Assembly (NCBI GenBank): GCA_044892525.1
Contig: CM097885.1
Span: 30,754,001-30,818,000 of the forward strand
Direction: 5' to 3'
Origin: Schmidtea polychroa
Taxonomy: Eukaryota
Length of the DNA: 64,000 bases
Both the position numbers and the translations under genes were made by a program. The notes under the pieces were generated by a model, which saw nothing but the letters and a program-made list of their open reading frames with translations, was not told the DNA's origin and did no database searches. Shown here one piece after another: positions 28,981 to 41,099 of this stretch (within the stretch, counting starts at the first letter, position 1; the number at the start of each line of letters is the position of its first letter).

Positions 28981-31900
28981 TTATATTTATAACCTACCTA
29001 TTTGATCTTAAAATGACTTCCAATCGATCTTTCACGTAAATGACCCTGAACCGACTTATTATTTTTGTATACAATATTTGATATACGACCTACTTATTGA
29101 CTTTTATCAATTTTATGACCTTAAATTGACCTAATCTCTTTATTGAAACTTTATCAAACTTACAATCTCAAATGTTCGTATCGTTCTTTAGTTTTACACT
29201 AAGCAGAATTCTATCTGGATTATTTACACTTCAATCATAAAGTAACAATTAACTCTATCAAAATTTATTGTTATTGAATTGGAAATTTAATCAATTACAT
29301 CCTGTATAACGCATTTCGTGGAGAATAGCACTGATTATTCTTATTTCATGCATCATTAAACTTTTCGTTTCTTTTTGACTTCCGCTTTATGAGGATAAAG
29401 TAATAGTAATATCCTACTGGTTGTTGTACTAAGTTACTATCTTTGGTTTTCATATTTGAGTGACATTCAAAAATGCTATTTTTCCTACTTCTCCATTTTT
29501 ATTTCAACAGAGGACAAATTCTTTTAATTTCAACTACAACTGTAACTTTTAGTAATTTTAGTAATCCATTTGAGATTGCAAACGAGTTATAAATAAATGA
29601 AGAAAATCATGAATTATTAATTCCATATTTTTTCTGATCATAAATCGGTTTTACTCGAAACTATTTCTGATTTTTTCCTACAATCTGCATCCAATTAATT
29701 ATGTTGGCAATTTTTGCTTTTAATTGCAATATTGTAGGAATAAAATAAATTAATAATAAATTCAATATTGATCCATATATTAAATTAATTAAATAATATT
29801 AATATAAAATGAATATTGTTTTATGTTTATGGAACCTTAATATTCATTTAAAATTATTTTTTTTGTTACTTTAGTTTTGGCTTATATTTACATGTATTTC
29901 AGAAAAAGGATTTCTAAAAAATATTAAATTAAAAAATATTTGGATTCTTATTTATTCTTATTCCAAGTTTGGACTATGTTATTCAATATTTTTCTATATA
30001 AAATTCTTAATTATCAATTTATGCATTTCCTAATCTAATAATGTAATGATATAGATCAATTGATAGATAAATTATAATATTGACTTCAATATAAAAATAA
30101 TAATTAAATATTTTTCAAGGCCGCAATACAGCTGAAATAAAATTGAACAGAATTGGAATAATAATAACATTGAAAAAAAAATTTTTTTTTTAACTAAAAT
30201 CTAACAATGTTCTTTTTGATGAACTTTTAAATTTGTAACTGTCACAAAATCTTTCGTTTTTTCTTGAGTGCGGTAATTTAATTTGCGTAATATCTCAGCT
30301 GACATTCATTTCAGCCGCAGCATCAAAATAATTGTTACAAATTTCACAAGATGATAATATTGATTAATAAAAAAAAATTATTTTTCTACTCTGTCAAACA
30401 TTCTAACGAAATGGCTAAATGTTTCTAGGCAATTTCCAAGAAGGTAATTTCAATATGATGCCAATGCGGGTTCAGAGTGTACAGTGTGCACCTTCAAATG
30501 TCAGCGGTAATGATCCTCAATTATTTTCCAGGCAACAGACAAGCCACTCTGTGAACCACTAGCAAAAATAATAATAATAATAATAATAAAAAATAATAAT
30601 AATAATATTAATTGTGTTTAATTACTATTATTAAGAGCACAGAGAGTGCGCGAGTTTCTAAATGATTATGATAAACACAACCAGCTATCAATTTGAATGA
30701 TTTCTATTAACTTAGTAAAATAGAGTCAATAAAAAACCAGTTCTTTTTAAGATTGTTTTTTTTTTCAATTTTAAATTTCCTTTAAAGACAAATATCGATT
30801 TTTACAAGAAAATTTTTATTTTATCATCAGTTAAATGATATTAATATTATATATCAAGTATAAACTAGATGAATTTTCCAGTTTGCATATTGTCTGTATA
30901 TAAATTTATTAAACTGAATTCGTATTGAAATTTATATAGATTAGAAATATTGTGATTGGTTAAAATACCGACCAATGAAATCGATGGGAAAATATTTTGA
31001 TAATATTGTTAGTGTTGATTTAATTTGAATAGATTTTTAAACTATTTATGATTAAGATTGATTATTTATGTGAATTAAAAATTGGAATAATGTTTTAAAA
31101 TATTTTTTACAATCGAGTGAAGGGAGTTACACACAAAAATCATTGTCAGGTTTTCGTTGCAGGTAATTAAGAGAAAATGAAAATTTAATTAACGTTTAAT
31201 GCTACTAATGTGGTTTTTGTATAAATTAAAGTGCAAATAATTCGGATATGGAGAACCGCGATTGGAGGACGATAATATGAGTAAGTAGTATGAAAGCGTT
31301 CGGTTTTTACGAATTCTTATCATATTAAATTTGTTTACTTCACGAGTTCAAATTTATTAATTGAACGGGATCAGAAAAATCGAAATGGGTTTCAAAGGTA
31401 ACAGGAGAATTATTATACAATAGACTATTGTGAGGTAAGAATCGCAAGCCTTCTACTAATTATAATCGAAATACAAGGACATTACCTACTGAAAATGTAA
31501 GAGAAATTGCAATAGCGAGTTGTTTAGAAATCCAAATTTATCCGTCCATTAATTGCTAACTTTGTTATACAATTCCAATAAGGTTACCGATAATGTATGA
31601 AAAATAAATGATCTTGATTTCTTAATACATCTGCGGTCTAAAGTCGTTTTTATTAGCAGTCTGAATTCGCCTTTTTATGTAATTTCTATTTATAATATCA
31701 GATTTTATTTTAATCCGATCGAAGTATCTTTCACAATAGCGTATAATTCTACTAGTTTGGTACGCATACACAGTAATGAAAACATCCATTTATAATATTT
31801 CAATGATGATAAAACTCATATTGCATTCTATGACTTTTGTCTGATTTCCAAGAACTATAAAACTACTAAATGATTGCATTAATATTCTTGAAATCTTTCT

Positions 31901-33380
31901 ATTTAATTCTTTTATCCTATTAAACCAATCCAAAGTATTTTGCTATTGAAGTGAGATACATCTATTTTGAATATATTGAGATTATCCCTGAACTTTACTT
32001 TTTTGTATATTATTCACACAAACAGAGATTTCAGTGTTAATCGAAGTTTTGTTTTTTGCCTACTGGACTCACTCGTACTTCTTTCTCCTGACCATCAGGG
32101 GTAGATCTGACTACACCAGGGTGTACGTTCCTAGATTGTGTTGTACATGAATGTGTCCATTTTAGAGAAAAATTAATTGTAATCGCAAATTATAATTAAA
32201 AGAGTAAAACTAATTTAACATAATACAAATTTTCTAAAAATAAATCTCCTTCAACGAAGCATAAAAATATATTGGCTTTAAGGGTACAATGAACTACAAA
32301 ACAAACTCAACAATAAATTTTATAACGTAGAAGTTTAATCATTTATATGTGAAGCCTTACTTTTGGGGCTTCTTCAACTTGAATTCGGATAGTTCTATCT
32401 TCTCTTTACTTAGGATTGTTGTTGAATGGTTTTCCACGTTCTAGTTTTGCCAAAATTTCACTGGTTTTTCTTGTTTTAGTTTAGATTTCTGTTGAGTTTG
32501 ATCAGTTTATTTCTATTGATAGTTGTTTTCTTTTGAGGGTGTCTCTAAGTGATTTTTCCTTTATGAGTGCTCCTTATCCGAGATTTTGTTTGAGCCTGAC
32601 AGATTTGCTTTTCGTAGTATAGTGTTCTTGTCTTGGAGTTTGTAATTTGTAGATTTTTTGTGTCGTTCTTTTGTATTTTATTGGGTATTTAATCATTTGG
32701 TTTTATCTCAGGTAAAATTCAAAGCTACCTGATCAACAGTTGAATAATTTTAGTTAAGTGCTGTTGATTCAGCAACTTTCTCTCCGAAGTTTAAAAAACA
32801 TTGATTCTACTTAAGTCTAAATTTGAATATCAAATTAGAATTTTTAATTTTCTTTCTGACTATTTTTCGTAGTCGTTTTTTCGCGTTGATTTATCAATAA
32901 TTTATTTATCCAACTTATCGTTCTATTGGATTTTAACGATTTATCATAGTTTTATTGAAGTTAATGACAGATGCCCCCTAAAATTCCATTATCTTCCGAT
33001 ACTAGGAAACCTATATCTACATTTTTAAAATTCGGTAAAAACTCCGTTGCTTATTTTTTGTTCGTTTTTTCTGTGGGGATAACTTGCAATTTTAAATTCA
33101 GTTCAGCCGCACAGCCCCAGAGTGAAATTCCATTTTCTACTAAAAAAACTAAGAGATCTATAATAGTTCTCGAAGAATAGACGATAGGAGATATTTTTGG
33201 GAATGATTCTTGCAAGTTTTGATGACCTTCTAAATTGCCAATCCCCTGTGTTTTTTCAATGACATATTTAGTTTAACAACAATATTTGGTCAGCCGCCTA
33301 ATCTGGTATTGCGATATCTCTATGTTGTTTATCACTTTCTTGATCAGAATATACTTCAAATTCATAACCGAAACCTTTAA

Positions 33381-34220
33381 AGTAGTATATAATGAGGACT
33401 CCAGCGCACTTTCAATGTCATGGAATATCAAGATCTAATATAGACCAATCGAATCATTTATTTTTTTTAATTAACATTTTATTTAATTACTTCTTTTTAA
33501 TTTTTTCTTTTTAATTTTATTAATTAATTATTTTATTATGTTTTATTTTAATTTATTACATTTAATTAATTTATTAGTTTATTAATATTTTATTTTAATT
33601 ACTTACGCTATTTAATTATTATTATTATTATTTTTTTTTATTTATTTATTTATTTATTTTTTTTTAATTAAAATTTTATTTAATTACTTCTATTTATTTA
33701 TTTTTCTTTTTAATTTTCTTAATTAATTATTTTATTATGTTTTTTTAGTTACTTACTTTAGTTACTAACTTTAGTTAATTTTTAATTTATTACATTTAAT
33801 TAATTAATTAGTTTATTAATATTTCATTTTAATTACTAACGTTATTTAATTATTATTATTATTATTTATTTTATTTATTTTATTTATTTATTTATTATTA
33901 TTTTTTTTTAATTTTACATTTACATTATATTCTAACAAGAGCGTAAATTATAACATTAATATTTCAATTTGAATAAAATTTTAATTAGAAATTATTTAAT
34001 TTATTATAAAATAAAACGCTGAGTTAATTTTAGATAAACCGGATATTAATTTTTCGGAAAAAATAAATAAATAAATAAAATAAACACGAAAATAATATTT
34101 CTTACTTGAAACTAATTATCTAAATTAATTGGACAAATGAATAATTAAATGATAAAACACATTATAATTAACTAAATCAAACAATTCGCAATATATATTT
34201 TATTATTCACATAAATTTAA
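33381..34220 (+). repeat. Left TIR (840 bp) of the Polinton-like element
   Basis: Reverse complement of 40243-41021, apart from few substitutions and indels (including a ~47-bp segment near 34039-34085 absent on the right). Confidence 0.95.
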
Positions 34221-34633
34221 AAGAGACAAAGGGGTGAAAAGAGATAGAAAAAACAGTAGAGTAGGGTAATGTGTGGAGCCGGGTGAAACCTTTGCATAGA
34301 TCTCTTCAAGACCTTTCGAATGATGTGAATAAAATATAATTAAATTTTAAAATACCGCAACGTAATATATTTAAAATACCGCAACGTAATATATTTAAAA
34401 TACCGCAACGTAATATATTTAAAAAGTATGATGAGTAATATGTCTTTATTACGTAATATGTATTTGTTATGTAATTAATAAAATTTTAAAAAAAACCATC
34501 CACCCAGGGGTGGGGGTATGACGCAATGTCCCATGTGACGTCATCGATTACGTAATAGTTCTTTGTTCCCGGCTCCACACATTACCCTACTCTACTGTTT
34601 TTTCACTCTCTTTTTCACCCCTTTGTCTCTTTT
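34219..34633. repeat. Inner ~65-bp inverted repeat enclosing 3 x 24-bp tandem repeats
   Basis: Arms at 34219-34283 and 34568-34633. AAAATACCGCAACGTAATATATTT x3; TGACGTCA near 34536. Confidence 0.9.
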
Positions 34634-34724
34634 CTCTAAGTGCGATTGGGATTTAAGTGTAACCATGTATAGGCAGAATTTAATTCTCTACAAAATGGCT
34701 CATTTACAATTTTAGTTTGTCGCT

Positions 34725-35135
34725 TTGTGTGTAATACACACACATTTTTTTACAATAAATTTGTATTTTTCGCGCGGTTAACGTAATTTTCTTGGATTTT
34801 TATTCATATATTATATAGATAAAATTTAATTTTCTATAAAATAGCTTGATTAAAAATTATGTCTCGTATGTTGTGTGTAATACACACATGTTTTTACGAT
34901 AAATTTGTATTTTTCATACAGTTAACGTAATTTTCTTAGGATTTTATTCATATAATATATAGATAAAATTTAATTTTCTATAAAATGGATTGATTAGAAA
35001 TTATGTATCTTATTTTGTGTGTAATACACACATGTTTTATGATAAATTTGTATTTATTATACGTTAACGTAATTTCCTTGGATATTTATTCATATATTAT
35101 AGAGATAAAATTTAATTTTCTATAAAATGGATTGA
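34725..35135. repeat. Three ~143-147-bp tandem repeats, each starting with a TGTGTGTAATACACACA hairpin
   Basis: Copies start near 34726, 34873 and 35016. Confidence 0.88.
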
Positions 35136-35739
35136 TCTAGAGTTTAAAATGTTGTATTATTTTATTACTTTGTTGCAATATTTTTATAATCTTATAACAA
35201 TTTGCTTAAATATTTTACATCTGGTGAAATATTTCCGAAATATGTTATTACTTTGTTGTAATTTACTGAAAGACTTCACAATTTATTACAATATTCTTTT
35301 TTAATTTGTTGTCCGTCTTCGAAATAATGTATTGATTTGTCCCAATTAACATCATTATTTTATTACTTTGTTGCAATATTTTTATTATTTTAGTTACAAT
35401 TTGAGTAATATTTTACAACTTTGTTGAAATTTTCTGAAATATGTTACTACTTTGTTGTAATATTTTCTAATCTTGTTACAATTTGCTTAAATATTTTACA
35501 ACTGTTGAAAATTTATCTGAAATATGTTATTACTTTGTTACAATTTTATGAAAACTTTATTACTGTTTTGCAATTTGATGAAAAATGATATTACTTTGTG
35601 GGTTCATCACATTATTTTTATTAAATTATTATGAAAATGTTAAATAAGTCAAATTTAGCGTAAAAATGTGTTTTAATATATATTGAAGTTTTAAAATACT
35701 GCAACGTAATGCATTTATTTTTCCTACCCCTTCCTTGAT

Positions 35740-35805
35740 TTTGATTGGTCAGAATTTAATCATGTGTAATATATAAGCAGTAACTTTTCAAATGTTTGTC
35801 ATTTA
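35740..35805 (+). promoter_or_regulatory. Putative Pol II promoter of pPolB
   Basis: Inverted CCAAT (TGATTGGTC ~35742), TATATAAG ~35770 and Inr-like TCATTT ~35799. Confidence 0.45.
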
Positions 35806-35831
35806 AACTTTTAATTTAACTTATATAAGTG

Positions 35832-36180
35832 CAGTGGCGTACCAAGGATTTCTGGGGCCCTTGTGCAGATTTTGGGACGCACAAAATATTTGTCGAACGA
35901 TGTGATCCGAGGAACCAAACCAAGCAAATAATTTAATAGATGAATGGGTGTGACACATGTGGTTTACAACTATATCCAATATAGATTCCAAATAATATTA
36001 AATGTATAAACCGTCCAAACTGTGGTTGCTGTCTTAATAAAAACAAAACAAACGCCAAAGCGATGCTTGGTTTGATGACAATCGGGGAATTTATAATGCT
36101 CGAACGTATAAATTTTACTAATTTTTCCTCCTGGGCCCTTGTGCCGTGCACAACCTGCACAACGTATTGCTACGCCACTG
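35832..36180. mobile_element. hAT MITE in the pPolB 5' UTR
   Basis: TIR CAGTGGCGTA(C/G)CAA, 8-bp TSD TATAAGTG. Confidence 0.93.
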
Positions 36181-36184
36181 TATA

Positions 36185-37242
36185 AGTGAATAACTTTTTA
36201 TTCTCTATCTAATATTAATGATTATTTTCTTTTAGTGAACGGATGCAGTTTATATAAATTTTGTATTGCCGAAAGTCATGAAGATGTGGAGAACTGTAAA
36301 TCAGTTACATCATCATATTTCAAGATAAATGACTCTACCTTATCGGTTTACATATGTCCGGAATGTCTCATTATATCACCAGGTAGGTGGTTAATGTTTG
36401 TACGACAACACGGACACCATCTTAGAAGATTCGAAGAAACGAAGAGCAGGATGATCACTCTTTCTACTATTAACAATTATTAATTTTTTATAGAACAATC
36501 GAAAATGAATACATCATACGATCCTAAGCAGATTAAAGAATATGTTACAAGTTATGTTATTTAAGTTGTTTAATATTAATTATAAATATAGTTAGACAAA
36601 ACTCTGGCACCGCAAAACGAAAGTCAATATTTTACGGAAATGGAGACTCTAACATACAATTGTGTCCACGTCGGGAGTCTGACTTAAATGGTTCTCGTGT
36701 TGAATTGACAAGCGATGTATCTGCAATTAATTCTCCTGACATTGTTGTTCCAGATTGTCTCATCAAAGAAATAGAAGATCATATTCAACGAATGGGGACA
36801 GTAAAAATCCAATTTGGACTTTGTGCAGAGTTTATCAAAGAGGATGGTGAAATTAAAAAATGGTGTTTGTCGAATAAAGCAATTACAATGTCATCTTCAT
36901 TTATTAATGATGGAATTGAAAAATTAAAAGAAAAGTTGGAGAAATACACTCAACAAAGTAGTGGGTGGAGAATTCATAAAATATTAGAAGTTACTATGAT
37001 TTTAACTAAATTATCAGACATAATACATGTATCTGGTAAGTTTATTTACATTATTATATATATAAATCAAGAGATTACTTAGGTTCAAGTTACATTAAAA
37101 CGCCAAATTACCTGAAAAACTGTCAGGCTTTAGTTAATGTTCAAAACAATGATCAATTCTGTTTTTTATATAGCATACTAGCCGTATTACATTATGATGA
37201 CATACGTCGGGATAGAGAAGGAACAAGAAAATATAACTTAAG

Positions 37243-37333
<91 letters not shown>

Positions 37334-40239
37334 TTATAAATGTCATAAATCATTGAATTTTGTTTTTAAGACTTAAAATGGAAATTTGAATGGTTTCCGA
37401 TGAAGTTGGTTAACATTTGTCAATTTGAAGCAATGAATCCAAATCTAGCGATCAATGTTCTCAAATATAATAAAGATCCAATTAAACAAAAAACTAATGA
37501 TATTTTCAAGAATCCGTTCGTTGACTTGGTATATAGAAGTACTTCGACGGGATCTCAGATATATCTCCTATTGATTGAAGAAGGTAATATTTCTTTTAAT
37601 CATTAAAAATATTAACTATATTTAGAATTAAATTATCATTTTTTGGCTGTAACTAATCTCGATCGACTGCTGAATTACAGAGATAGAGTAGAAGGAGTCA
37701 GAATCCAATCACATTGGTGTCATACATGTCTTCATGGGTTTCGAAAACATCCTGCTTTTGAAAGACATATAGGTCTTTGTAGGAAGAATGTGGAGCGGAC
37801 GACTCTATACTCAATGCCAGAGAATAAATATATCGAATTTAAAGACTGGAGTAAAACTATAAAACAGCAGTTTGTTGTCTACGCGGACTTTGAATCGATA
37901 TTACCTCTAGATGACAAGCACTTCTAAAAACATGAACCGATTGCATCTGAATTTGTGCTTCTTCATCAAGGTTGTCCGATCCGAAATGAAACATTTGTTG
38001 GGAAAAACTGTATCATTCAGTTTATACAAGCATTGGATGATATAGCTACAGACATAGTTTATCCGTGGTATAAAACTAATGGATCGAAGGAAATGATGGA
38101 ACTCACCTGGGAATAGCAGGAAGAATTCACGACTCAAACACATTGCTACCTTTGTAAAAAGATTATCAATATACCTGTTCGAGATCATGATCATTTTACT
38201 GGTCAATATCTCGGAGCAGCATATCAAGATTGCAACTTGGCTAGAAGAATCAATCCGTCTTTACCTGTTGTATTTCATAATCTTCGTGGATATGACATTC
38301 ATCATATATTAAAATATGCAATTGGAAAATTCCCCGATTGGAATTTAAATGTTATTCCTCAATCAACAGAAAAGTTTCTCACACTTACAGCGACATCGAA
38401 AGGCAGAAGAATTAGATTCATTGATTCTTTACAATTTTTAAATAGCAGCTTGGCAAATTTATCAAAAAATTTACCATGTCTTCCACTGACCTCAGATGTT
38501 TTCGAATCACAGATGATGACTTGTAAAAACATTTTTCCTTATGATATGGCTACATCAATGGATGTTTTACAGTCAATAACAGAATTACCACCGATTTGGG
38601 AGGGAGTTAGCCAAGAAGATTATATACATGCAAATCGAATCTGGCAACAATACAACTGTGAGACACTGCTAGATTACATGCTAGTATATCTCAAGCTGGA
38701 TGTTTTTCTATTGGCCGATGTTTTTGAAGCTTTCAGAGAAAAAACATTTGACGAAGATGGACTTGAGGCTCTATCGTTTGTTTCCATACCCGGATTAAGT
38801 TGGGCATCAGCTATTAAACAGTTACCTGAACCGGTAGAACTTATTCAAGATCCAGAGCTTTACCGTTTATTTGAAGCTGGTATTCGTGGTGGAATGACAT
38901 TTATCAACAAACATCATGTTGAAGCTGATGAATCAACACAAATGTCATACCTAGATGTTAATAATTTATATGGATGGGCGCTGTCGCAAAAACTTCATAT
39001 TGGTGAATTTAGATGGATAAATGATCAGACTGAAATGAATGGTATTGTTGAAAGATGTGCAAATGGGGATGAGTTTGATGGAGATCGTGGATATGTTCTA
39101 GAGGTTGACATCGTCATTCCTGATAGTATACAAGATAAGCTAGATGATTTACCTATAGCTCCTGAGCTTTGTTATCCACCTGGTAGTAAAGTTGAAAAGC
39201 TGTTAATTACACACGAATCGAAGACCAATTATGTTATTAATAGTAGAGTTTTGACTGAATGGTTGAGTTATGGCGCAAAAGTCACAAAAGTTAATCGTGC
39301 TGTAGAATTCAAGCAAGTAGCTATTTTTAAAGGCTATATTGATTACAACACCCAAATGAGAGCAGCTAGTACGGATTCGTTTCAGCGAGATTATTATAAG
39401 TTAAAGAACAACAGTTTATACGGTAAAACTGTGGAAAACATGAAGAAACGTATAAATTTGAGATTATGCAACCAAAGCAACCAAAACAACCAAACTTATT
39501 GTAGTCATCCTATGTTTCGTCGTAGCATCAAGATTGCGGATGATCTCATTGCTGCTATACTTGATTAGGAAATGGTGTGTTTAGATAGACCAATGTATAT
39601 TGGACAAAGCGTACTTTATCTAATTTATCTAAACTTCGCATGTACCAGTTTCAATTTAAAGAACTAGAGAGTTATAGAGAAGAATTCAATTGTCAAATTA
39701 ATATCGTAGCCGGTAACACAGATTCCTTGTTTTTAGAGTGTAAAAATGTTGATTTACGCTTACAACTGTATCCAAAAATGATTGCCGATGGGCTCCTAGA
39801 TACTTCAAATTATCCAGTGACTGATCCATTGTTCTCAGATAAAATTTGTTCGGTAATCGGGAAATTCAAGGATGAGAATAAAGGAAATCAATATAAAGAA
39901 TGGGTGTTTCTTCGACCCAAGTGCTACTCACTCCAAGGCGATAAAAACACTCTAAAAGCCAAAGGAATAAGACTTACAAACTCTAATCTTACACATGAAG
40001 CCTATAAAAAAGTGTATACTGATGGTGGAACAGTGAGCATCCCACAAAAAAGAATAGGAAGTGTCAATCATCAGTTGTATACTTTCATGACCGAAAAACG
40101 AGCTCTCCAATGTTTGGACGATAAAAGGTATTGGTACAATTGTAATGAAAGTTATGCCTATGGTCACTATAAGATTCGTCAAATGCATATTGCAACTGCT
40201 ATGTCTAGAAATGAATGCAAATCGAAACAAGCACTTTAA
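36185..40239 (+). pseudogene. Intron-containing protein-primed family B DNA polymerase (pPolB), ~1,200 aa when repaired
   Basis: Motifs SGW, GSSYIKTP..VNVQNNDQFCFLYSILAVLH, FPMK..FEAMN, YADFES (ExoI), RDHDHFTG (endoVII-like), FHNLRGYD (ExoII), LKLDV (ExoIII), DVNNLYG, KNNSLYGK and GNTDS. Introns at 36186-36235, (36383 or 36449)-36493, 36551-36591, 37036-37082, 37242-37370 and 37584-37625. Stops at 37925, 38114 and 39566; frameshift near 39620. Confidence 0.93.
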
Positions 40240-40242
40240 CAA

Positions 40243-41021
40243 TTAAATTTATGTGAATAATAAAATATATATTGCGAATTGTTTGACTTAGTTAATTAAA
40301 AAGTGTTTTATCATTTAATTATTCATTTGTCCAATTAATTTAGATAATTAGTTTCAAGTAAGAAATATTATTTTCGTGTTTATCTAAAATTAACTCAGCG
40401 TTTTATTTTATAATAAATTAAATAATTTCTAATTAAAATTTTATTCAAATTGAAATATTAATGTTATAATTTACGCTCTTGTTAGAATATAATGTAAATG
40501 TAAAATTAAAAAAAAAATAATAATAAATAAATAAATAAAATAAATAATAATAATAATAATAATTAAATAACGTTAGTAATTAAAATGAAATATTAATAAA
40601 CTAATTAATTAATTAAATGTAATAAATTAAAAATTAACTAAAGTTAGTAACTAAAGTAACTAAAAAAAACATAATAAAATAATTAATTAAGAAAATTAAA
40701 AAGAAAAATAAATAAATAGAAGTAATTAAATAAAATTTTAATTAAAAAAAATAAATAAATAAATAAAAAATAATAATAATAATAATTAAATAGCGTAAGT
40801 AATTAAAATAAAATATTAATAAACTAATAAATTAATTAAATGTAATAAATTAAAATAAAACATAATAAAATAATTAATTAATAAAATTAAAAAGAAAAAA
40901 TTAAAAAGAAGTAATTAAATAAAATGTTAATTAAAAAAAAATAAATGATTCGATTGGTCTATATTCGATCTTGATATTCCATGACATTGAAAGTGCGCTG
41001 GAGTCCTCATTATATACTACT
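40243..41021 (-). repeat. Right TIR (779 bp) of the Polinton-like element
   Basis: Reverse complement of 33381-34220; begins 3 bp after the pPolB stop. Confidence 0.95.
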
Positions 41022-41099
41022 CTTTAACACCACAGAAAATAATAATTTGAAACTTCAATTGTAATGTTTTAGATGTTGTTTAATGAATTGACATATTTT

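Larger units (their letters stand above)
33381..41021 (+). mobile_element. Polinton/Maverick-type element, 7,641 bp, encoding only pPolB
   Basis: TSD CTTTAA (33375-33380 and 41022-41027), termini AGTAGT...ACTACT, long TIRs, internal pPolB gene. Confidence 0.93.

Noticed and set aside
30900..33370. Possible retroelement remnants (also 43300-44500 and 56200-56750)
   Set aside because: Composition is suggestive, but motifs are too degraded to assign by eye.
37925..39568. Stop-codon reassignment to explain in-frame stops in pPolB and MTCH
   Set aside because: CNOT4 and seven MTCH exons have no internal stops, and pPolB also has a frameshift. Decay or error is simpler.
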